A DNA stretch of 63,821 bases, filler included, from Folioceros fuciformis (taxonomy: Eukaryota), in NCBI GenBank assembly GCA_049999805.1. It is 13 parts of 13 records of this genome, joined end to end, with 100 filler letters (N's around TTAATTAATTAA, not from the genome) between each part and the next. Parts side by side here need not be neighbours in the genome. Positions count along the whole stretch, not along the records: positions 1 to 17,115 come from JBNGIO010004954.1; 12 more parts are not named here. The stretch is one strand, 5' to 3'. The notes beneath the pieces are model-generated. The model was given only the letters and a program-made list of their open reading frames with translations. It ran no database searches and was not told where the DNA came from. This document shows positions 1 through 12,467 of the stretch, in pieces (the first letter of the stretch is position 1; every line of letters begins with the position of its first letter). The translations under genes and the position numbers were made by a program.

Positions 1-450
1 TTGAAACCCCCTATTTACATTACTGGAGCTAGCATGTACCGGCGTTGAAACCCCCTATTTACATTACTGGAGCTAGCATGTACCGACATTGAAACCCCCT
101 ATTTACATTACTGGAGCTAGCATGTACCGGCGTTGAAACCCCCTATTTACATTAGGGGAGCTAGCATGTACCGGCGTTGAAACCCCCTATTTACATTACT
201 GGAGCTAGCATGTACCGATGTTGAAACCGATGTTGAAACCCCCTATTTACATTACTGGAGCTAGCATGTACCGGCGTTGAAACTCCCTATTTACATTACT
301 GGCGTTAGTATGTATCGGGAAAAATGGTGGACTGTTAATTACCTTAAAAAAATGGTGGGTGTTGAAACCCCCTATTTACATTACTGGAGCTAGCATGTAC
401 CGGGAAAAATGGTGGACTGTTAACTACCTAGAAAAATGGTGGATTGTTAA
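1..450. repeat. 44-bp tandem minisatellite (~8 units, TTGAAACCCCCTATTTACATTACTGGAGCTAGCATGTACCGGCG) grading into GAAAAATGGTGGACTGTTAA-containing units
   Basis: Units start at 1, 45, 89, 133, 177, 233, 277 and ~362, are near-identical and have no unique spacers; the array runs off the left edge. Confidence 0.95.
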
Positions 451-946
451 CGTGCCCAGCATGGGTTAAGAAGCTTGAATCCGACATTCCGCACCATTTG
501 TACAGCATGAAGGAACATTCACATGTCGGAGCTCCCACTCGATCTGTCCCCAGGACATAACCGATGGGCATCAATATTCGCAAGAGACAAATGCGCCAAC
601 AATTCACCAAGAAACGCGAGATGGATAATGTCCTTTTGGGTTTAATAAGCTACTTTTTCATCTTTGCAGCGGAAATCGGACCGTACGTGATAACAAAAAA
701 GGAAACCCTACTTCATTCAAAAGATAAACCCCGAAGTTGCCGTGACGATCTGGCAGTGGCGATCCCATCCAATCACCCACTGCACCGTCAACTACATTCT
801 CAGTCAGGATGTTAGTTTTCTGCCTTAACTAAAACTTCATCTCCTTGCCACCTTTGACATAGCCGTCGGAGTCTAGATATGGGGGCTTTAGGTTCAATTG
901 GAACCCAGAAAGAAAAATCAGTTCCAGACAAAAAAAGGGACAATGC

Positions 947-2592
947 CTAATTAGCAAGCTTCTTGATGCCCGGGAAAGCTGGACGAATGGCAATCAAGGG
1001 GTCTCCATAGCCGACGGGGTCTGCAGTTCACCAACCGATGTCAGTACGTACGTCTTACAAACCTCTTAGACGCAGAAAGCGAAGTTTACAAACATTGAGG
1101 ATCAAGATTACCTTCATCATTCCACAAGATCTTGACGATCTCACCGCTGATGTCGGTCTGCAAGGTCATTCCAAGTAAGAGTGGGACCAGGGGGGATGAC
1201 ACAGGACATAGATCAGCCGCACAGCAGCATTCACGCCACACACACGAGAGACACACCTCTACTGGTTGCTGCGTTCCTAGCTGCTCCAAGTAGCACACGA
1301 CTTGCCCTTCTTTCACGACCTGACCCTGCACATGACAGCTTTCCCACTTTGTAGCAACACTCTTCAGAGACATGGGCAGGGACCAGGAGCGGAGGCAGGA
1401 TCACATACCTCTTCAACTGTAGGCTTCCCAAGCTTTCCCTTGACCACGCGTCCCCTTCGGAAGTAGCCAACCTGGAAAAAGGACATGAGACCAAGTCTTG
1501 ACGTTCTGCGGGGCAAGGAGAACTGGCACACGCCACACAGGAGAAGTCGCAGACATACCTTCGGCGACTGTACGAAGGACAGGCCCTCATTCACGGCTTG
1601 TTCCAGAACTTGCAGAATAGACCCGGGTTTGGCGAGGGACGTTTCTGTGACGGACTGTTGCTTCACTGCAGGGGTGGGTGCTGCTGTTCCTGCAGGGATA
1701 GATGCTACTGGCTTCTCTGCAACAGCAGGTGCAGGTGCAGGGGGAGGGGCTGGTGCTTCCTTCGCCTTGATAGCTCTCTTGACATGCAGCTTGAATGCTC
1801 CAATCTAATTCAGCACGACATATACTGAGCCGGGCCAATATAACAACAAGACTGCACCTCTCTACTTCACGATCGACCAGCATCAGGGAAGGTAAATGCA
1901 GTCCAGCCAAACGTTCACACTCCACGATCCTAACCTTGAGCGAAATTTCCGCAATGCTGGTCTCGTCACAAACCTCCGTAAGCAACGACTGAATCTGCCA
2001 AGTACAAAAAACGGGATCAACCAGTTGCCCCGGCAAAACCTACACCATTCTGACACTACACAAACACCCCACCCTCACCTCTCCTGGGCTCGGTGTCAAA
2101 GGACTCAGCGTCTCTGACACAGTCTCCGGAACCTCCTTCCCGTCCACCGCCTCCAACTCCGCATCCGGAGCTGTAAACCGGACAATGATGTCATCAAACG
2201 ATTTAGACAACATCCACCACCAGCTCGGTCTCTCCTAAATATGAAAATTCTCGCGTCCACACCTTCAGGTGCAGCAATGCACGCTGCATGGAGTAAGCGC
2301 ACTTCCCGCCTCTTCGGCTGGAGGACCGTAGCCCACATCTGCCAGGATGAGCAGCGTGCAACACCATACCTTGCGGAGGCCAGGCCAGCAGGAGCAACAC
2401 TCGGCCGCAAATTCACAGCTCTGAGCTTGGCGACCTGCACGGAGCCTGCAAGAGGCGAACCAGCATGAAACAAAAACGACACCGAGCCTCCGATCCCGAG
2501 CTCCTCCAGCCAGAAAAGGCATCATCACGGAAAAATTGCATCCACATACCGCAGCACGGGGACGCCAGCTTGGACGCAGTCATGGTGGCCAT
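947..2592 (-). CDS. BADC: Biotin attachment domain-containing (BADC / BCCP-like) protein, plastid acetyl-CoA carboxylase-associated; multi-exon
   Basis: Spliced exons give IQSLLTEVCDETSIAEISLK / IGAFKLHVKR...FVQSPK / VGYFRRGRVVKGK / GQVVKEGQVVCYLEQLGTQQPVE / TDISGEIVKIL / DPVGYGDPLIAIRPAFPGIKKLAN* (stop 947-949). EQLG replaces the EAMK biotinylation motif, as in BADCs. The start (MATMTASKLAS, transit-peptide-like) is inferred. Confidence 0.88.
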
Positions 2593-3073
2593 GGCGGCAG
2601 GAAAGGAGGACGCTGCGCAGCGCGAACGACGTTCAGATAACCCTGAGCCTCACTGCCAAAACCGGCTGAATCGTCTTCCGCGTTCACGGACAGCTGTTCA
2701 AAGGGTCCGCGGCACAAAAATGCCGGAGCGTGAAGGCCAACTATGCTGGAGCGCCAAGGCAGCGGAGAGGCGTAGGCGGGGCGGGGAGTTCCAGTGCATG
2801 CAGCAGCCGGCCTACTCCCGCCAGCCTCTTCGACAACGCACTTCTCCAAGAAACGGGTCGGGTAGGTGAAGGGAACGAGGAGTGGGGCCCCTGAATCCTG
2901 ACAACGAAGAATTCCATCTCTTCCTCCACGGACATTCCTCAATCGCTTACTGTCGAGTGACAACGGAAAACAGAGTGTGCTGCGCTTCCAATGAATGCAG
3001 ATTATGAGATTAAATCAACGCTGCTGCAAATGGTGAAATTTTCTTTTTGAGCTACAGCTTAGAATTGCAAGCT

Positions 3074-6000
3074 TCAATCGGTGACGATTTCCTCATCGAT
3101 GCCGTCCTCCGTCTCCTCTGGCATGACCCGGACTCCGTTGGCCTGGAAGCATCAAATCCACGAATGAGGGTTGCTGCATTTAGGACTAAGCATGGTGAGA
3201 GAAGGGAAGGACTGGATCCACCACCGTGCACTACCTGATACACAGCCTCGACTATCGCGGGATCCACATACGGGCCAAGAGGAATTTTCCTGGATGCCAT
3301 CAGGTTGATCGTGATATATGCCTGCTCCATGTTTCCCTCACTGTAGTAGAACTCTATGAGCAGGGCGTACAGGTCCCCGATCCGCACAGCTGCCTGCGAC
3401 AAGCATGGTTCTCAGATGGGGATTTATGCTGTAAACAGTTGGGGAGTTTCATGGCATTCCTCTCACCTCCATGAAGTTGGGGCTTTGCGAGAGCTGCGCG
3501 AGGAGGTCAGAGCATCCCTTCACCATCCCTGCGGAGTCGGATTTTGCCATCCTCCGGATCTGTAGATCCACTTGTGATTGTGACATGATGTATGGATTAA
3601 AGGTGTGTTGGGGGACAGCTCTCTGATCACAGCCATGACCCACCTGGACAAATCTCTCAACCTCGAGAGTTCGTCGTTGTAATGACTTCACCTTTTCATC
3701 TCGGTTCGGGGCATCAGATTTCAGCAGGTGCTTAAGAGCTTCTTTCATGGCCCGTATAGCCTGAAGGTCTCACCAGTGAGCATGAGGGCAACAAAAGACT
3801 TATCTGCGATGGTTTGGATAGCACAGCAGGGAAGGCACCTTTTCGTAGTCACGGTACTCATCTATCTCAAGTTGGGCACATGAGTCATAGAAGGAAGCCA
3901 ACAAAGTCATCTCTCCAGCTTTCGTGTACATCTGAGGTCAGTGGGTTTGAGAATCAGCGTAGCTCATGTCTTTGGACCCATCAAAGTGTAGTTGCATTTG
4001 CCCAAAGCAGGAAGATTCTTTGCACCTGCACAATGTGCTTCATGATGCTGGCATCTTGATGCCTGTCAAGGCTCTGCAAGTAGTTTGCTGCGAGGACATA
4101 AAGCTGCTTATGCCTGGACCACAGAGCACTCTTACCACAGCTGGCCAAATTTCTCACAGTGCAACATAAAGTGTACGTTTGGCACTAGGAGCTCCATCTC
4201 TCACCTCGATATATTCGCGAAATATATTATCCTCTCTGTGTCACAAGACTTGAGTAAAGCCTGGTAAAAACAAAACATCAGAGAAGACAATCTCATTAGA
4301 GACCAATCCACCGAGGGTTACTTTCAAGCCAATCAAGCAGCTCTTGAACAAATACAGTGTCTTGTCAGACGTCAAAACCTACCTGCATGGCCTTGACCCG
4401 CTCCCCTGCTTGTGCATATTTTTTGCAGGCAAGATGATAAGAACCCTGACCTTGACAACATTCTGCTATTCTCAAGAGAAGCTGTGTGGAATCTTCTGAT
4501 CTCTTCCCTTCTTTACCCACGGAAAACAAATCAGCCAGTCTCTCCGTTATCTTTACCCCTTCCTTGACGCACTGATAAGGTTTCAGAATGTGTCAGAACC
4601 AGCAAGTCGATTGTTGTTTTGCCGGTAGTCACAGGTTCTGGACAGCTTTTTTTACCAGGTCAAGGGCATGGTCATACATCTTTGCAGCTATGAAAAGTTG
4701 AATTGCCTTTTCCACTTGCTTATGCTCCATCAAAAAATCCCCACACCTGTTAAGGACCCAAGATGGAGGTTGACAGAGCAGTGGAAGCACCAGTCTCGCT
4801 TCATAGGCTTTCAAATGCGAAGCAATGCTAGAACTCTGTATCCAGTACCTCGCCAGCAGCGCCGGATCGGCTCCTTCATCAAGATCATCAGCAATAGCCT
4901 TCAATGCATTGAAACGCTGAGAGCTAAAGCAGACATCTATTGCTTTTTCCAAGTCTCCACCCTGTAGATTGGTGTCATTTGCGACACTCCTCTCAACAGA
5001 CTCAACAACTCATCAGTCTCAACAACTGAGAACATCCACCTTGTAAAACTAGACAATGAATTTACAATTGGAGTCAAAGACCTTCTGGTAGAGGAGAACC
5101 GACTCCTCATACATGGCTTTAGCCTCGAAATATCTGGCTGAAGCAAGCATCAACTCCGTTGGACTCTGCAGTTGACGTGCCCAGTCATTATCTGTACTCT
5201 GCCTATGCCAAGTGTAAAAGCTCTTCTATATAGAAAACCGTGTTACCTGCAATGACAACGCAAGCAACTCGCTATCCACCCCGTATTTCATGGCAAGCTC
5301 CGCAGCATAGCTGTATTTTCCTGCCTTTCCAAAGAACTGGATGGCAAGCGGCACATTTCCGATCTTCTCATACTGCACATTATTCCAGGCGCCCTTATTG
5401 GACAACTAGAAAGATTTAAGGCCGCAAAAGAGACGATGCCACTAAATACCAAGAACGCAATACCTGTCGACCAAGATAAAATGCTGCAGATGCATTTGAT
5501 GTTTCTTTAACAGCTGCAGCTGCCGCAGAAAAATCGTTCTGAAGGCAGTATACGCGTACCAAAGAAATTTTATCTCCAGCCTACACCCTCTCCACGGATC
5601 GTTCATTGACATTATTCACCTAGGTCTAGTAATGCATCACATCCTTCGGTGAAACTTACAGGAACTATAAGAGCTTGGAGCTCCTTACAGCTTTATAATA
5701 GGCTATGGCATTCGGAAGATCACTGTTTGATTCACAATAATGAGCCCACCATCGTTGCAAAACTGGGTCACTGCTGTTGTCAATATAAGCATGCAGTGCG
5801 TCTAACTGTTGCCCTGAATATAACATCCTTGGTACTTCATACCTAAAGCCAAGAAATTGAGCCGCTAATTTTCAGTGAACAACGAGTACTCATAGCAATG
5901 TCGACATTCTTGCACACAACCAGGAAGAGGCTGCAAACAAGAACAGTCTGTGAATTGCAGTGGGGTTGTAATTATCAGGTAGCTGGTCACCTATGGGTTT

Positions 6001-8679
6001 CAGACAATTCGTAGTGTTGGATTGCTGCTTGAATATTGCACATATCTTCGAAGTGTTTAGCATACGCATGATGTGTGTTTTTCAGATGAACTCTATCATG
6101 TTTTGTGGCAACCTCAATAGCCTTCTCCCAATCTCCACACATCTAAACCAAAGTAAATTGATTAAACTCTGAAGCAGGTGTACAGCAGTCTGTAGCAGGA
6201 ACAAAACCTCTGAATCGTTACCCTTGCTATGAACGGCCCAAGGGCAGACCTGATATAGCTGATTCAAAAGGTCATAGCGCCCACATTCCACGTAGAGTCT
6301 GGCTGCCTCATCTTTTAGGTTCAGCTGTAGGGCAATTCTTGCAACCTTGGCTTCCTCCTCTTCCTGGACCAAAGATAATAGACGGCTGACGCTGAATTTT
6401 GGTGTAGTTTTTCAAACTGCTGAAACTGAGATCCTGAATATCACAAAGCATACCAGATCCTCAAGACCAGCCCGAACAAAAGCCGCAGCAGACGCGAGTT
6501 TCATTTTTCCAAAACAGTAGAGGGCCACATCAATTCGCTTGGACTTCACACAACTGCGAGCCACTTTTTCCCAAATCTCTGGGTCTTCTATAGCACATAG
6601 ACTTTTATAAGGTGCATCGATATGGTCAGCACATATGTGATAACTATATTCCAGCAAAGCAGCCTTGGTTTTCTGATCTGCAGATTCCTGCGTACTTTGC
6701 AGAAAACCCAATACCATGCTGTTGGTTAAGCAACAGTCTCAATTTCCTGTTCTAGCAACTCATGACAAGAGCTATTAAACAACAACTGAGTACCATTCCC
6801 CAAAAGTCACAGATTGTTTGCCTCTGAATGACAGAGCTTGGGCCTCCTTCGCGAGTCTGCGTTCGTACAAGGTACAGATATGGCACGTGCACCCCCAACA
6901 GCCCCAAACTTGGATCGTCTAATTTGACCTGAATCCAGTTCAGCGAATACAGGTTCAGAGAACTGCTTGTCCTAAACCAGAGAACACCAAAAGTTCAGTA
7001 TGCCCAAGCAAGTGGCCATCCCTCTACCTAGAGAGGTGCTACAAAGTTGTTTAAAATGTTGTAAGAAAATGTAATTCCCTTTTATGGAAAGCAGTTCCTG
7101 CCTTGTCCTGTATGTATATGTCGTTTGCATAGTCAACAAAGAAGGTAGTAACGGTCCCCTGCAGCTTCTTTCCAGACGGGTCACTTGTGGCAATCTGCTT
7201 CACGTAGGTATGTACCCCATTAGACCATACAAAGAGCAACGGCTAAGGTTTGAAGCAACTTCTTACAACAACACGGTTTCTGTGCTGCCACTTACTGGAT
7301 ATGTTTCACATGCCAGCAACTTAGGCTCCTCAACATCCCAGCAATGTGAGCATGGGATTCTGTTGTCAGATCTGTCAATGCAAGCAAACAACTGAACGTC
7401 TGGACAACAGTATGTTTCAAAAATGTCATGCACATGACAACTTATGCGACAGCAACAATTACATGGAAACTACCTGAAACTGTATTCAACTGTTTTGTTA
7501 TATGCAGTATCATAGATAAACAAGCGCGGATCCCCATCCCCAGAGCTATTGATGAGAAAGCTCACTTTCCTAGCATCGAAATTACATCGGACAGTGTGAA
7601 TATCAGCATCTCCTGAATCAATAACAATCTGCACCAACAAGCACATTAAACTCCTGCCTGTGCTTTGCATCCTTGGAGCAACACTAAGGGTGTACTTACT
7701 TACCCTTCTACGGTCACGTGGCCCATATAACTTGATCTCCGACCCACTTAATTCCCACATATGTACAAAGAATTTTGAAGTGACCTGCGAGATCAAGAGG
7801 AACACAGTCCCTGCTCGACAGATCCTACACGCAATATTGCAAGGTACTAAAGTCCTGGAAGCCACAAGAAGTCCTCAGCTCACCAGTACGAGAAACCCGT
7901 CACACACATCCATGTTGCAAGCTTTGTCACTTGGTTCATTCGTGAAGAGAGTCTCAGATTGTGCACCCTGGAATGAATCCGGATAGAAGGCTTCAAACGA
8001 CTCGCTTCATCTTACACTCTCCTCCCTCCCTCCAGTCAACGCAGTCAACATGCAAGAAGAGATATGCCTCTGTCTTCTGAGCTCCAACCTCTAAGGTCAA
8101 CGCCTTCAATCCTCCCTCCCAGATTTGAAAGATGGAACTGTGGTGCATCATGAGAGTTGATCCTTCAGCAATTGAGAAAGTGGTCTTTAGCTCCATTCCT
8201 GAAGGCACACCAACAGTGAGCAGCAGCTAGAAATGCAGGATTGTGGAAGCCAATCCGTGACCATGTGAACACAGACAGACCCGAAGCTTCGAACTGGTAG
8301 ACTTCGGCACTAGCAGCCTTCCAGAGGAGGACCTGCTGGTCCCAGACATCCACACCTTTGATATCCGAAGTGGAAGTCAAAACATGTGAGCACTGCCATC
8401 AAAGAAATCTGTCAACTCAGGAGAAAACACCCATCGAAGCATCTCATGCCACGTAACGAATGGTGAATGTCAGCTGCACAGTCCATGCAGAACCACAACT
8501 CGCTAACAATCGATGTCTCCGAGAAGATTGAATCGTACCTCCGAGTGTAGGGCTGAAACAAGAGCCTCAGAAGCAGAGAGCTGGACAACTGCCAACTGCT
8601 TGCGGCAACTTCGCTGGATTCGCTTGGTGCTGGCATCTCCCTTGGGGAGCGACGCGCGGGCAGAAGCCAATCCTGTCAT
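3074..8679 (-). CDS. IFT140: Intraflagellar transport protein 140 (IFT-A subunit), many short introns; appears N-terminally truncated
   Basis: Exon peptides: [133 protein letters not shown]...PYVDPAIVEAVYQ. Acidic tail ...DEEIVTD* (3074-3076). First exon MTGLAS...KQLAVVQLSASEALV from ATG 8679. Confidence 0.92.
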
Positions 8680-8936
8680 TCTCGAATCTCAGGCTCCCCT
8701 CTCTCCAGCCCTGCAGCTGGATTTTCAGACTGCCGAGCTACACGAAAGAAGCGTAGATTTACGGGAAGAAAGGGCGAGAACAGAAACAGAGCGCACGACC
8801 GAGGGGAGGAGGAGATAACGGCCCGTTGTCACACCAAGCGGAAGGCAAGATAAAACGACCTAATCTTACAGGCTACAGTGAAAACGAGGACGAGGTTGAA
8901 GATCATCGTCGAGACATCGGTGGCGTCCTGAAGGAT
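8680..8936. promoter_or_regulatory. Putative bidirectional promoter / 5' UTRs between divergent IFT140 and TRM6
   Basis: Only 257 bp separate the two inferred divergent start codons. Confidence 0.5.
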
Positions 8937-10516
8937 ATGGAGAAGGTGGAAGTGAGCGAAGATGGCGAGGAGGAGAGAGCACGATTACGCCGAGCTCCTA
9001 TCATGGAGGCTGGAAATGCTGTGCTTTTGGACATCAATGATGGCGACCGAGCTCTGTTTGCGCATCTCACCCTCTCTGCGTGCGTAATTCATTTGCATGC
9101 CCTGGCTCATGCTGTTAAGATCACTTTGGCCCTGCTGCCGGTGCTAATTCCCAAATTCTTGTCCTCAGGGACGTGAAGATCGGGAAGTCCAACTGCTCAC
9201 TGGCTCCCTTGATAGGATGTCCCTACGGCACAGTTTTCGAGGTCCAGTACGGAGGTGGCAAACCCCGACTCCACAAACTAAAGCACGGGACCGATTCTGA
9301 GCAGCAACAGGCAAGGGAAGATGCAAGTGAAGAAGGAGAGGAGCACCATGGCAGAGACAACCGAAATTTGGTTGATGATAATACTGCCCAGAGTCTATCA
9401 TCGGAGGACATAGAGAATCTGCGCAGGTGTTTTGCCAAACTGTCAACTCTCTTGCTCCTGCGATTTTGTGCTCTCGGTTTGCTTGCTGGATGTAATGTAG
9501 AACATTTTTGAAATTGAGGTACTTTGACTGCACAGGTCGGGGGCATCAGGGAAGAAGATTATTGATGCACTAATTGAAAACAGTGCATCTTTTCACACTA
9601 AAACTCAGTATTCGCAGGTGAGCATGATGTGGGAGAGACTTGAAGAGTGGATGCTGCACGGTTCCTTTGCAATTTTTCAATCCTGCTGCTTTTGCTGCAG
9701 GAAAAGTACAAGAAGAAAAAGCAGAAAAAGTACTCACCTCAGATCACCACCAGGAGGCCGACTGCGCAAAGGTTGGTGATTCTTGTTCTTATGATTTGTG
9801 GGAAAGTTACTACGCCTATTTCAAAGCTGTGTGTGGGCTATCTGCAGTGTCTGTGAAGCATACTTCGTGAAAAGTCCACAAAAGATCGGGTACTGTCGCT
9901 TTTCCTTCTGCTTCTCGCCATACTGTTGTTGCTGATTTCTGCTGCAGAGATTTTGTACCCAGTTATACCATGGGTAGCACAATTTGGTTCAGCTTCCGTA
10001 ATCTGGGTGCAGATTCATAAGATCGGACACACTGGCACTATTGCTTTCCCTAGCAAACATTGGAGCGCATGCAGATGTGTTAGTCCTGGATCTTGTTGGT
10101 GGCCTGCTTACAGCTGCAGCCGCAGAGCGTGTGGGAGGTGAGACGCATCATCCATATTTCTTCATATTTCTGCGCATCTCCTCTCCCTGACTGTCCACCA
10201 TAACTCCTGCTACCTTTTCAGGCTACGGCTCCATCTGCAGCACATATGTTTCTCCAAAACCCCCCTCCATGGACATGATACGGCTTTTCAACTTCGATAC
10301 TGATACTGCAGCCAGGTAACCTTGTCATACATCTCTCACACCCATCCCATCTTGCAGCCCTTCAATCACACTTCCCATAACCCACTCCTCCACGCGTGCC
10401 TTGTGCAGCATCCAACGCGCGTCCTTGGCGGACCTGGTCACCGCTCGTGCTGCTGACAGTCCTACCACGGGTAAGGCTCACTCAGACCATGCACAACGGG
10501 ATGCACCGGGGGAGCA

Positions 10517-10572
<56 letters not shown>

Positions 10573-11388
10573 GGCCTCATTCCACATGCATGCCTTTCCC
10601 CGAGAGATCCTGCGAGGGGGTAGAAGCACCAAGTGAACCAAGTGCGAAGTCATCAAACAGGGATGGAGTTAACGCGGCTGTTGATCTCCAGGTCCAAGAA
10701 AGCAGCATTTGCCCAGAACCAAACGGGAACGCTGCCACAACAAGTAAGCCAAAGTCAGGCAGGCTTGCAAGTCCCCAGAACATCTCCCGCTGGACACACA
10801 AGGGTTTCAGCAGGTACACACGCCCAATTCCATCTCCTCTGCACACGGAAATGCACCTCCAGCCCACCAATTCAACCTAACCAGCCTCCTTGTTCGTTTC
10901 TTTCAGCTTACTCGTCGGGGCACCCGACATGAATCCATCCTCGGTAGCCGAGAAAGTCCTGCCACTGCTACGGGGTTCAGCCTCCTTCGCCATCTACCAT
11001 CCCTACCTGCAGGTCTCTTCACTCTCACCACATCCCGCCCCACGTTCACCCACCATTTCCTTCTAACCAAATTCTTTCTTTTTATTGTTTTTTTTTTTTT
11101 CATGTTCCGCCAGCCTCTCGCAGAATGCATGCAGACCCTACAGCAGCGCCGCATGGCTGTGGCCTTGCAGCTATCGGAGCCATGGCTTCGAGAATACCAG
11201 GTAATTCGACAACCTCGTGTGAGTAATGAACATAATATATATGAACCCAGACATGTGCGTGCGGGTCTGACCTTTCCTCCCCGTAATGTGCTGCACTACA
11301 GGTACTTCCGGCTCGGACCCATCCGCAAATGCAGATGAGTGCAACCGGCGGCTACATCCTGAGCGGGATCAAAATTGTCCAGACGTGA
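8937..11388 (+). CDS. TRM6: tRNA (adenine-58-N1)-methyltransferase non-catalytic subunit TRM6/GCD10; multi-exon
   Basis: Exons give VLLDINDGDR, VKIGKSNCSLAPLIGCPYGTVFEV, RDNRNLVDDNTAQSLSSEDIE, IIDALIENSASFHTKTQYSQEKYKKKKQKKY, RSDTLALLLSLANIG, FAIYHPYLQPLAECM, LSEPWLREYQVLPARTHPQMQMSATGGYILSGIKIVQT*. GT-AG introns preserve the frame at the junctions checked. Confidence 0.95.
10518..10571 (+). repeat. (GAGCCT)9 coding microsatellite encoding (EP)9 in the TRM6 variable insert
   Basis: Nine perfect hexamers in frame within the 10401..10880 ORF region. Confidence 0.95.
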
Positions 11389-11687
11389 AGTGAAGCTGTG
11401 TCAGGAACAGTTCTGTTGCTGCTGCAGCCGACACTTGTGCTCCAACTGTTCTTGTCCATCTCTACTCCTGTTTGATGTATGGAAATCCCACTTGCCACAT
11501 CCACCAGTGTCCCATGGATCTGCCAGCCGTGCCTGCCACTCGCCTGCTCCAGTCACAGTGCAATGCACTGCACGGTCAACAGTATGAAGCCACTTCGCTT
11601 TCCGTCCCTTCCCAATCATTTGCACCCGTCATGGGCCAAAAGCTGCCAGTCGGACGGAACCAGCTTACTGTAGTCTTTCTACGCTGG

Positions 11688-11857
11688 TTGCACTCCGACT
11701 CACCAGGGCCCACCACCTCGTTGGATGTTGTTGCAACCCCTTGCAATCTCGTCGAATACTAAGACGATCTGATTGCATTCCGACTCACCAGGGCCCACCA
11801 CCTCGTTGGATGTTGTTGCAACCCCTTTGAATGTTTTTACAATCTCGTTGAATATTT
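11688..11857. repeat. ~85-bp direct duplication downstream of TRM6
   Basis: TCCGACTCACCAGGGCCCACCACCTCGTTGGATGTTGTTGCAACCCCT occurs at ~11694 and ~11779. Confidence 0.85.
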
Positions 11858-12467
11858 CTACAATCAGCATTTCATATACGTACCTGGTTCTTCTCCTTAT
11901 TTCACTCCAATTAGTAATTTTTTTAGAGGGTAGTTAAGTTGTTATGGGCTGGTTAATTTATTACCGGGTGGGATAAGCTTTCGGGCTTTTTATCTGTAGT
12001 ATTTTATTTTTTATAAATTTTGATATTTTAAATTTTTATAATCATAATTTTTTATATTAATATTTCACTTTTATATCATACATGTTAATACATGTGCTCA
12101 ACCAACCATTAATAATAACAATGACATAACATTGAACATAATCAAACACCTTTTCCTCCTAAGCAAATTCATTGTTTTATGTTGCATTTAAATCATCATA
12201 AATTTGGGCAAAAGTAATTTGAGATTAAATTAATCAAGCCAAAAACAATTAGCAAACCCTACACATCTTGTTGGATAATGCTTCGTCAAATCTAGCTAAC
12301 AAGTAAGCATGAAAATTTGTACCCAATATTAGAGTTAAATGCCTTTCTTCTTTCTACCTGTAGCATCAATGACATCGAGAAATCCAAAGCCGAGGTTCGA
12401 CTGTCAACATCACCCCTCATCTACCATGATTGATTGCTTCCATATACTACATAGCTCACGCTTTCCA

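Noticed and set aside
1-420. CRISPR-like array (repeated GTTGAAAC)
   Set aside because: Units are contiguous and near-identical with no unique spacers, there are no cas genes, and the context is eukaryotic.
8412-8636. ORF MPAPSESS... as the IFT140 first exon
   Set aside because: The alternative frame from ATG 8679 matches IFT140 better and ends at a GT donor.
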